The notes beneath the pieces were generated by a model. The model saw only the letters and a program-made list of their open reading frames with translations, did not search any database and had not been told where the DNA came from. DNA of 64,000 nt from sequence record MK250017.1. One strand, 5' to 3'. Shown here piece by piece: positions 9,796-22,470 of this stretch. Every line of letters begins with the position of its first letter. Within the stretch, counting starts at the first letter, position 1. Both the position numbers and the translations under genes were made by a program.

Positions 9796-11034
9796 TTATT
9801 GTTTATTAATCCATTCTTTTACTTCATTAATATTCCAAAATTCTATATAATTCAAATTATTCTACTATGATATATTCCTTTTTTTCAAATCTAATATAGT
9901 CCATGTATAAATAATATTATCATATTGTGACTTCTTACCATTTTTATGTGCATTAGAATTTTCTGCTTTTTCTTTTAAGTTATTCAGCTCATTTAAATCA
10001 TATTCATTATTTTCATTAAATGGATGATAATGATGATAATGAGATCCGTTATATTCAATATATAAATCTAATGATGGTATATAAAAATCACAATTAAATG
10101 GATACAATTCTGATTTATATTGTCTAATACAATCTGAATATTTTTCTTTTAATAAATCAAAACATACATCTTCTTGATATGATATATTAAATGAATTATT
10201 TAATAATTTTGTATTATAAATTTTTTTCTATATTTCATTACTACTTAATATAGATGAAATTAAATTTTTATAGTATTGTGTCTANNNNNNNNNNNNNNNN
10301 NNNNNCTTTTCTAAACATGTATTTTTTATTTTATCTTTTACATATTTAAGTTGACCAATATTTACGATACTATTAATATCATCTTCATTAGAAGCATATT
10401 TTTTAATACATGTATCTAATGACTAATTTCGAAATTTTTGAACTTTAAATACAGAATCAACCCCATACTTTTCTAAACATGCTTTATAAGTTTTTTCTAT
10501 TTTTTCAGGAATCTAACCTGTATACTCAACACCATATTTTTGTAAACATGTTTCTTTTGATTTTTGTTTAAATATTTCAGATTTTAAAGGGGATGTTACT
10601 CCATATCTTTGTAAACATGTTTCTCTTGCTTTAATTCTATTAGAATAATGTTCATCTCCATATTTTAATAAACATGTTTCTCTTATTTTATTATTAATCT
10701 CTTGCTTTTTATCTACATCACTATATATGTCTTTTAATACTTTTTTAACTGTTATACCATCTAACATATTTGCATGTTCTTTACAACATGTTTTATTAAA
10801 TAATTGATTCTTTTTACCATTCAAAAATTTAACAGGTTTTCCACAAATAACACATACAGGGCGAACCTCTATATTATACTGTATTCTCTTAATTGTTTCT
10901 CTTAATGACTATGAATCAGTATAGCGATTATCTAAATATTCCTTATACCCCTCAGAAATATTAGTTAATCGCTATACATTTATATGTCCATTAGATTTAA
11001 TAAAATAATCTAATATAATCTAATCTGTTACCAT
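9796..11034 (-). CDS. Homing-endonuclease-like PD-(D/E)XK (Vsr/DUF559-type) protein, TAG=Gln, spans an N-gap
   Basis: One frame from ATG 11034 to TAA 9796 through at least 9 TAG and a 21-N gap. N-terminal CVICG...TCC, repeated ETCLxKYGV units, C-terminal CDFYIPSLDLYIEYNG..H and NLNYIEFWN. Confidence 0.8.
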
Positions 11035-11036
11035 AC

Positions 11037-11882
11037 TTAATAATTTTCATTTTTAGGTTGATCAACCTTATCATAAGTACCATATTTTACAAAATACTTA
11101 TTGAAATCGCAAGTTTTAACTTTGAAGATAATTCGTTCACCCTTACGTGTCTTCAAGCCCATAGGTGTACGAAGAACTAGTCCTTCGGCAAGATGCGTTT
11201 CTTCTGCAATATTAGAATTAAATCCTTTCTTTACATATTCAATTGCTTCATCAATAGTAAACTTACCTACAAATGGAACAATATTTACACCAAGTTTATT
11301 GAAAATTTCATCTCGATTTTCACGGAGAAGATACATATCATCTACCTTCACATCAAATCCAATAAATGAATTATCTTTTCTATAGTATCCACCTGATTGA
11401 ATTCCTGCACCAAATCCTTCACCATACAATGTATATCTCTTTGGAATTTTTGTTTCATCAAGTTCATATACATTGAATTGTGTATTAAGTACAGACCATG
11501 TTTTTTCTTGCATTAGTTCATCTGTTACATACATTTCCTTAGAAAGACCCAATGCATTCAATACCTTATCTTCTGTCAATTCAGTTGTAAGATATGCATA
11601 CAACATCTTTGGGATCTGTGCATTATCAGTCTTTCCATTATATGTAACATTCCACTTAATACCAATATTATTACCAATGTCTGATGTGATAAATTCACGG
11701 GTTACTTCAATTCGAGTATTAGTTCCGTCTACCTTCTCCTCTGCATCAAACTTGCAATCCCGCAACCATTCCAACTCAGGTACTGCAAATTCATCATAAG
11801 GCATGATTACATTATTTGCATCTCTCTTAAAGATTGTGTTAATCTTCTGATAAGTATTCTCACTTCTTTTCTGCTTACCCAT
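11037..11882 (-). CDS. RNA ligase, Rnl2-type nucleotidyltransferase, 281 aa
   Basis: Motif I EKVDGTN, LYGEGFG, FIGFDV, EGLVLR, IFKVK. TAA stop, no TAG. Confidence 0.88.
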   Translation of the reverse strand: MGKQKRSENTYQKINTIFKRDANNVIMPYDEFAVPELEWLRDCKFDAEEKVDGTNTRIEVTREFITSDIGNNIGIKWNVTYNGKTDNAQIPKMLYAYLTTELTEDKVLNALGLSKEMYVTDELMQEKTWSVLNTQFNVYELDETKIPKRYTLYGEGFGAGIQSGGYYRKDNSFIGFDVKVDDMYLLRENRDEIFNKLGVNIVPFVGKFTIDEAIEYVKKGFNSNIAEETHLAEGLVLRTPMGLKTRKGERIIFKVKTCDFNKYFVKYGTYDKVDQPKNENY

Positions 11883-11941
11883 AATTTAATAATATTTTAT
11901 ATGATTTATAATGTTTATAAATTAGATTTAATAAAAAGTCT

Positions 11942-12115
11942 TTATACTGATAATTTTTCAATTTGTTTATCAGCAGATCTTGCAAGAGATTTAAATCTAC
12001 CGATATAATATTTTATGACTTTATCAACATATTCAATGTTTGTTGTTTCTTGATAATCGTTCCAGAAATTATCACATAAATCTTTCGCTTTTTCAGAATA
12101 AGTTTTCTTTTTCAT
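11942..12115 (-). CDS. Hypothetical protein, 57 aa
   Basis: MKKKTYSEKAKDLCDNFW...; ATG..TAA, below the track cut-off. Confidence 0.55.
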   Translation of the reverse strand: MKKKTYSEKAKDLCDNFWNDYQETTNIEYVDKVIKYYIGRFKSLARSADKQIEKLSV

Positions 12116-12122
12116 TTTTATA

Positions 12123-12299
12123 TCATTTTACCTAAAATAACTCATATGGTACAATATCATTCTCTTTAATTTCAATAGCATTACATGTATGAACATACTC
12201 ACCATGTTTTTCCATAAGTGAACGTGCTTCTACATCATCAATAGCATTTACTATAAAAAGTCCTCTATCTGTTTTTACTTTATATAATGTAATATCCAT
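12123..12299 (-). CDS. Hypothetical protein, 58 aa
   Basis: MDITLYKVKTDRGLFIV...; one TAG three codons before TGA. A TAnnTTTG promoter lies 43 nt upstream. Confidence 0.6.
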
Positions 12300-12340
12300 A
12301 ATTTTATTATTTTAATTTACTTCAATATTTTATTAACATC

Positions 12341-12351
12341 ACAAAGATACA
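12341..12351 (-). promoter_or_regulatory. Bacteroidota-type -7 element, copy 3
   Basis: TGTATCTTTGT on the minus strand. Confidence 0.7.
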
Positions 12352-12416
12352 TAAAATATTTGAATGAAAAAAATATTTTCAATAAATATACAAACAATTA
12401 TTTAGTTTAATTAGAA

Positions 12417-13154
12417 ATGTTATTAAATAATCTTGATCAAAATTTTGTTATTGCATTAGATTTCAATTGGTTTTATCCTGATGTTACTGAAAAATGGATG
12501 CCAATATTAAATAGAATGTATTTACCATACATGACATTAGAAGATTTCTTCAATGCATAGATTGCATCTATAAATTTTCCAGGATTAAATTCAGGTACAG
12601 TAATATAGCAAGGAAGAGAATATAAAATTCAGAAAAGACCTGGAAAGCAGGAAGATATGTTATTGGAAAAGACATTAACATTAACTGTTAAAACAGCAGA
12701 AAGTTATATAAGTTATTTTGTAGCAAGACATCAATATGATTTATATTTAAGATTAGGATAGTTAACACCTTTATACCTTCCTAATATATCTGTTTCTTTA
12801 TTGGATGATGGCGGTTTTGAAACAGTTACATACTGTTATTAGCAATTAACACCGACAAGTATAGGTGATTTATCTATGTCATATGCAGCTCGTATGGGTT
12901 CGTTTAATACATTTACATGGTCTTTTGTATATAACTATTATGATGTATATATTAGAAATGGTAATGGTGAAAGAGAATTAATATCTAAAGAATATGATCC
13001 TTATAAAGATGGAAATAGTGAATTTCTTGATTTGGATGATTCTAAATATTCATCAAAAATACATCCAGGTATTTCATCTAAGGTAAAGATTAATAAATTA
13101 CAGTCTTTATCGAGAAGAGTTCCTGGTTAGATAGGGGTTAATCTAAAAAAATAA
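12417..13154 (+). CDS. Tail-tube-fold protein (T4 gp3/gp19/gp54-like), 245 aa, TAG=Gln
   Basis: ATG 12417 to TAA 13152 through 5 TAG. QIASINFPGL and PTSIGDLSMSY...FNTFTWSFVYNYYD resemble tube/terminator proteins (product call is inference). Confidence 0.6.
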
Positions 13155-13166
13155 TTTAATAATAAT

Positions 13167-13397
13167 ATGTGTGATTGCGTAGTTTATAATACACCTATGA
13201 ATACAATAGGTGTAGGAGATCCTGTTCCATTTGGTGTAAATTCATATGGTTCAGGTGATAGATTTGATACGACTCCTGGTAGTAAATCAAAAAATAAAAA
13301 TAAGAAAATATATTCTAAACCTCCAGTTTAGCATGGATTTAACGGAATTAAACAAATGCCGTTAATTGTTATGAGTAGTAAAAATAAAAAGAGATAA
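13167..13397 (+). CDS. Hypothetical protein, 76 aa, TAG=Gln
   Basis: ATG..TAA with one TAG, followed by a terminator. Confidence 0.6.
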
Positions 13398-13420
13398 GAA
13401 TATGGAATTCTTATCTCTTT
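13388..13420. terminator. Bidirectional terminator between convergent genes
   Basis: AAAGAGATAAGAAT/ATTCTTATCTCTTT stem with A- and T-runs on either side. Confidence 0.8.
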
Positions 13421-13426
13421 CTTTTA

Positions 13427-14905
13427 TTATATATTAAATTTAAAATTATCTATTTTATCTGTTATATTTGTTATATTACAACCATTTTTTTCTAAAAGTT
13501 CTTTTGCAGATTGATATACTTTACTGTAATCTTGTTCTACAAAAGTACGTAAACTTGTGAATCTGAATTTTAAACTATCAATTTCCTATGCTATTACTTC
13601 ATGAGAAACACCCGATTTATTTTTTCTATCAATATATTTCTAATATTGTTCTATTACTGAAATTGATAAATCTATGCATCGTTGTACTTTTAAATTTAAT
13701 ACTATTAAACAATCTGCAATTGATTTAAATGAAAATACAAGTTGATCATAATGTCCTCTACCGTATGGTCTACGTTCTCGAGTAGTAAATAATAAAGATG
13801 TATCACTACCATATGTTTGTCTTATCATACTTGCATAAATACCATCACAATTTACTTGATTCCAATAACTTACTAGTTTAAATTCATCAAATTTTTTATT
13901 TGTTAATATATCATTATCTAAATCCTGTAATTCCATATTAACATCAAAACATATATCCATAAAGTTATTAACGTTTTTTATAACTTTTGAATCTAAACTT
14001 TCCTATTTCCTGACTTTTAATATTTGTCTATAACGTTCTATATTTTTCTTATTTAAATTAGTCTATGAAAATACGAAATCTCTATATTCACGTCGATTAT
14101 TTAATTTATTTGTTATGTCAATATTATCCATATATTTTGGATCAACAACATAAACTTTTGTTATAGCTGTTATTTTCTGTAATGACTTTATATTATCAGC
14201 GCCTAATTCTTTTTTTATATCAGAAGAAGATGTCAAAACATCATATACAGGAATCTTTGTAAATGCTTTATTTACAAAATCTTCAACTTTCTTTGAATCT
14301 GTTGCAAAATAAGTTATATCTGTTTTTTCATTATAATTTTTATTTGGTTCCAACCAAGAATTATAAGGATTTGCAGATGTAATATATAATATAATTTTAT
14401 TATCTATTGTTACTGCTCTTAATTGATCTTCATAATCTACCCAAAACTATATACCGCTTTTATATATTTTTTTCTTTGCTTCTTCTGGCGTTATTGTTAA
14501 TAACTGTGTATCTGTAATATCTGATATACCTAAATTATGATCAGCTTTTGCTTTAAGCATACGATTAATAATACCAATAATAGTATTATCTATATATGAA
14601 CCATCCCATTGTTTAGTTTTCTATTTTTTCGTATATGTACATTTAATAACAGACTATCTTCCTTCAACTGTATCACACATTTCCTATGTTAATTTACCTT
14701 TAGATGCTAGTCTATCATATTTCATAACAACATAAAAAAAATCTGCTCCTTCATTTCGTTTCATATATCCTTCATCTCTACATGGACTTAATGTTAAATT
14801 AGATCTGTCAAATTTATGTAGTAAAGATGAAAGTGTTACTGAATTTAATGATTCATTTATATGTTTTAATTTTTTTGCTATATATAAAACTTCACTTAAT
14901 AACAT
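13427..14905 (-). CDS. Hypothetical protein, 492 aa, TAG=Gln
   Basis: Track fragments 14684..14905, 14063..14353 and 13640..13960 share one frame, joined only by TAG. Ends TAATAA. Confidence 0.85.
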
Positions 14906-14976
14906 AATTTATAAAAATTGAATTATCATTTAATTATTTATTTAACTAAATGATAATTCAAACATATATATTAATT

Positions 14977-16572
14977 TTATGAAAAATTAACTTTTTGTTC
15001 ATATACAGGGAAATGTTGTTCCATATATATTTTCTTTCGTTCTTGTCCATGTCTCCAGAGATAATTATCTTTATATCGTTTATTAGGATCTGCTGAAAAT
15101 CTTATATCATCGACAAAATCAAATATAACAACTTTATCTTTTCCTGGATACAAACGAATTCCTCTACCACATATTTGTCGTACAAGACGTTCTGATTTTG
15201 CTGTATCAACCAAAAATATAGACCATAGATTTTTAATATCAATACCTTCACCAAATGTATTAATAGATGCAACTATTACTGTATTACCAGATGTATCTTC
15301 TTCCATGCATTGTTTATAATAATCCCTTGTTTTATTTGGTGTATTTCCGTCTGTATAATAAACGTCTTTAGATGAATTATCTTTTATATAATCATATACT
15401 TTTTTACCGTATCCATATTTAATATCACCGAATAAAACTAATGCATTTTTCTTTGTATTAATTACCTGATCGCAAATATATTTCAATCTTGTATATGATT
15501 CATTAACAGTTTTTCTTTCTATCTTAAGAACTTTGCTTCCTGCTGTTATATCCATCGGATTTTTATTTGCTCGATATATATACATTGTTTCTTTAGTCTG
15601 CTGATCTGCCCATTTAAGATATTGAATTACTGCATATATAGGTGTTCCTCTTTTCTCTGTATTAATCAATTGATCTGCTGTTAATTTATAAACAACTGGA
15701 CCTACTACAGATTGTATATAAAGATTTTCATACATTGTTTCTTTTGGAAATGTACCTGTTACACCAATTGAATATTTTAAATTAGACATATTATATAAAA
15801 TATTCTTTATTGAAGCTGCATTTCCAAGATGGTGACACTCATCGCATATACACCCACCAAATCTATCAAAGAATTCTTTTTTACGCTTACATAAACTTTG
15901 GAAAGTTCCAAATAATATATTGCATGATTCTACTTTAGCTTTCTGCTTCTTTGTTAAACCAGAGCGAAGAATACCAATTTCCCAATTATGATTATGCTTC
16001 TTTAAATAAGATTCATAACGTTCATACTGAACTGCTGATTGATTTGCCAAATCAACAGATGGTACAATATATAGAATATTATCTATACCCTGTGTATCTA
16101 TGAGATATTTGAATATCATGAATGATATTAAAGTCTTTCCACCTGATGTTGAAATCTCACCACAACACTTTTTATATTTCAATAATGTATACGCTGCCTT
16201 TACTTGATAATCATATGGTTTAAATTCTTTTCCTTCTTCATTTTCTGCACCTTCAAAAATATCATCTATATAACTCTTAAAATCTTCAAACTTTAATTTA
16301 AACTAATTTAAAAAATTCTGTGCAGCTGGAGTCATTTCCATTGCTATATTGAACTTTTTAGCAACCTTAATAATTTCCAACCACAAATTAGTAGAGATCA
16401 TATTATACTTATTCATAAATTCTCTATCTGTAATTTGTATGTCGGTAATCTTCTTTAACATCCATGCATTAGGTATTTCCCTTGTAAAAGCTCTACGTAT
16501 AACATTCAATTCAAATATATAATCTGAACTAATAACAAAATAATTGTTATCAAATGTTATATCAACTTTCAT
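14977..16572 (-). CDS. uvsW: UvsW-like SF2 helicase, 531 aa, single TAG at codon 90
   Basis: Track ORFs 16303..16572 and 14977..16182 are in frame across one TAG. Q-motif PYDYQ, Walker A STSGGKT, DECH, TGT, TFGEGIDI, QICGRGIR. Confidence 0.88.
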
Positions 16573-16578
16573 TTACTT

Positions 16579-16597
16579 ATATGTTATATTTTTACTA
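16579..16597. repeat. 19-bp direct repeat, copy 1 (copy 2 at 17167..17185)
   Basis: ATATGTTATATTTTTACTA occurs exactly at both ends of the divergent intergenic region. Confidence 0.85.
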
Positions 16598-16604
16598 CTT
16601 AATA

Positions 16605-16646
16605 TTTATATAGCATAATTATATAATAGTCTTATTTAAAAGTCTA
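16605..16646 (-). promoter_or_regulatory. Tandem TAGAC-class promoters for uvsW
   Basis: TAGACT(16646-41)-N17-TATAAT(16623-18) and AAGACT(16633-28)-N17-TATAAA(16610-05). Confidence 0.65.
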
Positions 16647-16699
16647 TTATTTTTAATAAAATTAAGTAAAAATTATGTTAAAAATAAATTAAAATAATA

Positions 16700-16728
16700 T
16701 AGACTTTTTTCACAAAAGTAAGTAAAAT
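16700..16728 (+). promoter_or_regulatory. TAGACT-N17-TAAAAT promoter (plus strand)
   Basis: Same -35 and spacing as the minus-strand copies. Confidence 0.45.
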
Positions 16729-17166
16729 AATTACTGGTAATTTGAGAATGATAGAATATATAGATTTTTGATTAGTGAAATTTTGATTAGTTAATATTAT
16801 TTAGAATTTGTATAAATTAACATAAAAATAATATTGATTATCAATCAGTTATAAATTATTTTTTAACATTTATTAAAAATATTTAGAAAAATGTAGACTT
16901 TTTCTTAAAACNNNNNNNNNNNNNNNNNNNNNNNNNNNNNNNTTGAGATAGATATTATACATAATATGTAAAAAAATTAAATATATTTTTTAATAATTTA
17001 ATAAGGTAAGCCTTTCGGAAATGTAAATATATTTTGAATATGGTATAGAAATATTTTTTATTTTTATATCATATTTTTATTTTATAGTATATAAAACATT
17101 ATTAATAATTATTAGTAAAATATATGATAAAGTTTTATATTTACTTATTATAATTACTTTAATTTG

Positions 17167-17185
17167 ATATGTTATATTTTTACTA
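17167..17185. repeat. 19-bp direct repeat, copy 2
   Basis: Identical to 16579..16597. Confidence 0.85.
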
Positions 17186-17225
17186 AATAAATAAGTAAAT
17201 GAAAATCTTTATTTGATAAAAAGAT

Positions 17226-18206
17226 ATGAATAATGGTTTAAAAGAATAGTTACATGATATATCTATTCGAACAATGATCGGATAGCTTCCAAAAATTATT
17301 AATGATAATAATACAAAGATTTGTGATTATATTGATAATATATATGATTCATCAAGTAAATGTATAACTAAAAATATTGATAATGTATCAGATAATAAAT
17401 CATATGTTAAATCTAATTTAGGTTAGTTTAAAAAACTTATTGTAGAAGATTTTGAAACAAAAAATATAAAAAGTTTAGAACAAGTTATTAGATCAGGTGG
17501 TTCTAATAATGAAGGTATAAATCATGATGCATTAAACGGTCGTTATCTTTATAATGATGGTGGATTATTGAAAACAGTTCCATATGATAAAATATCTCCT
17601 GATATGAATAAGTATGCACATAATTCTGGTGCTATAGGTGTTACATTAGGAAATGGTACTGTTTAGTCATTAGCAGATACATTAGAATAGATTATTAATA
17701 GTGTCGATAGTTTAAAGAAACAATTTAGTTAGAGTTATTCAGAAGATGAAGGATATATTGGATTATATGGTGCAATTAATAATATAAATAATCAGTCAGT
17801 AAATAATTCAAATTCATTCACTTTTGATTAGAGTTTATTATTTGCTACTAAATTATAGTTAAAAAGAATGAATTTACCATAGTATCAATATAATGATATT
17901 ACTCAGGGTTTTATTTATACATATTATGATTATGCAAATACTGTTACTATAAATGATGAGAATACTTCATCTATAAAAGGAATTACTGGTTCTATTGTTA
18001 AATTAAGATTTAATGATACTAAATCAAAAGGGTTTTATAGAGTTATATTATCAAGAGAAGAAAAGAAATTTTTACGAATATCAAAAGATGAATTAAATAG
18101 AATTACATTAAAGTGTATTAGTAATGATGAACAATTTGGAGCATCATGGGATGTATTGGATTATTCTGTTCGTTCTGCTGATGATATTATGATTGAAAGA
18201 AAATAA
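17226..18206 (+). CDS. Hypothetical (probable virion) protein, 326 aa, TAG=Gln
   Basis: Absent from the track. ATG 17226 to TAA 18204 with about 9 TAG and no TAA/TGA. Confidence 0.8.
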
Positions 18207-18226
18207 AATTATTAGTTTAAGAAATT

Positions 18227-20098
18227 ATGATTAGAACTCCTTTATTAAGACCATTAAGAGATAATGGTGCTACTTTATATGTTTTTCCATCTGCTAATGA
18301 AGATATTGGTTTAAATTTAAACAGCAGAGCAACAGGTGTTGCAATGTCACATTATGCATTACTTAATTTACCTGTAATGTTTGGTAATACAGATCCAAAA
18401 TCAGAATCTATAGCTATTGCAACTGATTTATAGAATTATATGATGAATCTTGAATGTACATTATTAAATCAAGATTCATATAATTATCAGGAATATCATA
18501 CTGTTTCAGAACGAGCATTTTTTCATTGGCTAAAAAGTTTCGGAACAAGACATATTAAAGATTCTAAACTCAATTTAGACCGAACACAAAATAGTAATGA
18601 TGTTTACTATAAAGAGACAGATAATACAAATAGAGTAGTATAGTGCTTTGGTGCAATAGATGCAGGTAATTCATTAAGTACAGAATTTGGTATGTTTAAC
18701 GAAACATATGTGAATATACCTACAAGTTATGGAAATGGACCTGTATTTTTTAAATAGGTTTAGGATACATCAGAAACAAATTATATATATGGTAAAACAT
18801 ATAATACTGGTGATTCAGAGCATTTACAGGGAAGAAAGAATAATGTAGATACATTAAAAATATTATCAGATGTAAAACCAAAATATGATAGTGGTACTTC
18901 ATATACATTGAATGATGCATATGAGATTGTAAAAGATATTAATGAAATATAGTCTGCATGTAGAGCATTTACTAATGATAAAAATATTCAAATTAATTCA
19001 TATGATGATGTGAATATCGATTAGAAAACACAGTTCAGTGGAAAATACTGCGATATTACATCAAATCCATGTGAATTCGGTTTTAATGCAATACTTTTAT
19101 ATTATAGTGTTTATGATTAGAATGATACAACTAAAACTGCATATGCTATAAATTTGTTTGGTATTGTATTTTTAGATTCACCATCAAGTGTATAGAATGG
19201 ATAGGCAAAAATACCGTCTTTAATTAAGAAAAAATCATTTGGCGGTGCAAATAAAGCAAATTTCTTTGGTAACAGTTATTCATTCCGTGTTAATATAAAA
19301 ACATTATCTGTATATGACAATACAGATGCAATGATTTAGGATAATACAACAATGTCTTCTATTAACAGTGTTGATTTTTCTGATGTTGTTAGCAATCTTA
19401 ATAGAGCTATTGATGTAATGAATACGAATGTACAATCAACAATGGCTATACAAGATGCGTATATGACAACACTTAAGTTGACTGATGAAAATAAGTAGAA
19501 ATTATAGGAATTAGAAGCTAAATTAGATGGTTATTTAAATGGTTCAAAAACATCTGGTATAGTTTCATAGAATATACGAACAAAGATTATTCAACCTATT
19601 ACAGATACATCAATAGATTCAAGTGTTAGTGATGGTAATAATATAATTAAAATTCAACTTAATAAGCAATTAACTGATTTTATTAACACTGAAGAATATC
19701 AAGGTTCAACTTATACACCACCTATTAAAATATTAAATGATGAATATACTTATAATGTACCTACTGTATATAAACCTATTTTTAATGTAAGTACACAAGC
19801 TGATACTGCATTAGGAGAATGGTCTTCAGATACAGGAGATATAAATGACATTATAAATGGAATAGACGTTAATTATTATACATATAACAATAATGTATAT
19901 CCAAGTATAGAATTACCACAATATGTATTGCAGGGATTTGGATTTGATAAGTTAGTATACAGAACTGGTGATCTAAATAATGATAATGAAAAGGATACTA
20001 CATTTTTGAATTATGAATCATTGATACCATTAATGATAAAATATATTCAAGATTTAAATAAGAGGATAAAAAACTTAGAAAGTAAAAATAACGGATAA
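18227..20098 (+). CDS. Virion/tail protein with C-terminal intramolecular-chaperone-like coiled coil, 623 aa, TAG=Gln
   Basis: Continuous frame through many TAG. C-terminus LNYESLIPLMIKYIQDLNKRIKNLESK resembles the end of peptidase S74 chaperone domains. Confidence 0.75.
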
Positions 20099-20106
20099 TA
20101 TTTAAA

Positions 20107-22368
20107 ATGAGTACAAATAATAATATAAACAGTTTTGCAGAAAATATGCGAAAAACGATTGCATAGCAAACTAATGAACTTTCATTATTATCCGCTATGC
20201 AAAGATCATTAACAACAAATGATACTTTCGTTACTTATGAATATCAAGATACATAGGGAACAAATTCAAGATATTAGTTACCAAGTTATGCGTCTATTGT
20301 TAATCGATTAAAATCTGTTGAAGAATCTCTTAATACAATTTCAACTGGTAAAGGTACAATTAACCTTAATGACGGTTCAAGAAGAACAATTAAATTAAGT
20401 TCAATACCAAAAACACCAGATTAGATAAATGGTTTACAGGACCCATCAACATTTAAATTAGATACAAATTGGTTTTTTGAAGATTTAATGTTTCCTGGTT
20501 TAACAGTTGATATTGACTTAACAGGTTAGATAGATGATGATGCTGATAGAGTTAAAGTTGTTAGAGTCATTCTTAATTCTAATGATGATGCGGCAACAAC
20601 ATTATGGAATAATCAAATATCTACTAAAACAACATATGATTATCTTTCATTAAAATCATTATTAGCAAACAGTAATATTTCTTATTCAGAAGATGAAGAA
20701 ATTGTATAGTTACCTTTAGTAAGAAATACAAAATCTGGAACATTTCAGATTATACAAGATCCAGATATTATTAACGGAAATGTATGGTATACATTAGACA
20801 GTATAACATATTCTACTATTTCAAGTGAAGGTATTGATTAGGGAAAGAATAATATATTATCTATTGGTGATTAGTTATCATACAGTGATTCTATTTTTGA
20901 AATTATTGCAATTAATTAGAACTCAAGTAAAGTCAGATTAAAACGAATTGTAGGTGCAGCATTGCCAGGTGTTTATGCAACTCTTAACTATTATGAAGAT
21001 CCGTTTAGAAGTAAAATAATTTCAGTAAGAGTAGGTGCAAATGAATATGATATTATATATGTAAAAGGAATTTCTGAAGCATATAACTTATAGGCAAATA
21101 CATGGTCAACACCGGTAAGAGTAGATACAAATAATCTTTTATATGAAGATAGTAACGGTAATGTTACATCAACGTCATTAACAGAATATTACAGTAATTA
21201 TGTAGTTGACTGGGGTGCAAAGATGATAGATGAAGCTAAGGAAAGAACTGTTACTGCATGGAGTGGACAAAAACCAAATGCGCCAACATTATCTGAATCA
21301 GATATGAGAGTCGTTCAGGTTAATACACAGATTAATGCTGCAATTGATACAACAACGATTAAGAATACTGCTGCACTTATAGCAGATGATAAGACAAAGA
21401 TAGATAGCCTTAAATCAGCCATAGCGGACCTCAAATCTGAATTATAGAATATTACTAACATCAGTGATTATAACGCGAAACAGGAGCAAATAAACACGCA
21501 AACATTAGAGTTATAGAATGCTCAGTCAAGTTATTCAAGTAATGTTTCTGCTTTTTAGTCAGAAGTAAGATCTAATGGTGCTTTATTAACTGATCCTAAA
21601 TATAGAATTAGAGGGTTCTTCTCTGTACCAGTATAGAAAACACGTATTGGAAATTCTGGTTTATAGGAAGAAATTATAGGTTTTGATATTGCTTACCGTT
21701 ATGTGAAAGAAGATAATACACCAGTATTATTAAATACATTCACTTATAATGATTAGAATACAGGATCAAGTGTTACAGGTACTTTTTCTGATTGGAATAT
21801 TTCATAGTCTTAGATGAAAACAAAAGTAAATGACGGTAATGGATATAAGTGGGTAGTAGAAAATGTTGCAGATTCTACAGAAGTAAATATTAATCAGATT
21901 GATATACCTATACAGAAAGGTGAACGTGTAGAAATAAAAGTAAGATCTATATCAGAAGCAGGTTATCCATCAAATCCTTTAAGATCTGATTGGTCTAATT
22001 CTATTATTATATCATTTCCTGATAATCTTTCATCAACTAATGAAATTGCAGATTTAATTAAAGATGTTAATGATGACGCATTAACTATTGCTATTAATAA
22101 TACATTAAGTTCATCTGGTGTAACATCACATTTAGACGATACAATACCAAACAGTAATTCTGTCAATGGTTTGTATTTTAAACATATTGCAAAGAATATT
22201 GCATATGAAAATACAGATGAATCAACAGGAACAAAAGTTATTACTTCTATATCATTGTAGGATAAAGTAGATTCTATTGATAAAGAATTTGATAATGTCG
22301 GATATTTGGGTGATATTGCAAGTATTAATTACATTAATTATGATATTAGTGTATCAGAAGATGAATAA
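20107..22368 (+). CDS. Virion structural protein with coiled coil and FN3-like C-terminal domain, 753 aa, TAG=Gln
   Basis: Continuous frame. Heptad region ...KIDSLKSAIADLKSELQ...; VEIKVRSISEAGYPSNPLRSDWSNSII is FN3-like. Confidence 0.8.
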
Positions 22369-22388
22369 TATAAAAATAATATAAAATT

Positions 22389-22430
22389 AAAGAGATATTA
22401 CATAATTCAAAAAGTAATATCTCTTTTTTA
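22389..22430 (+). terminator. Rho-independent terminator
   Basis: AAAGAGATATTAC/GTAATATCTCTTT stem followed by a T-run. Confidence 0.8.
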
Positions 22431-22470
22431 GTTTAATAAATAATGAAACGAATTTGATTTAAGGATACAA

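Noticed and set aside
16656-16683. dif-like site (TTATGTTAAA resembles the XerD arm)
   Set aside because: No recognisable XerC arm at the 6-bp spacing, so it is likely chance in AT-rich DNA.
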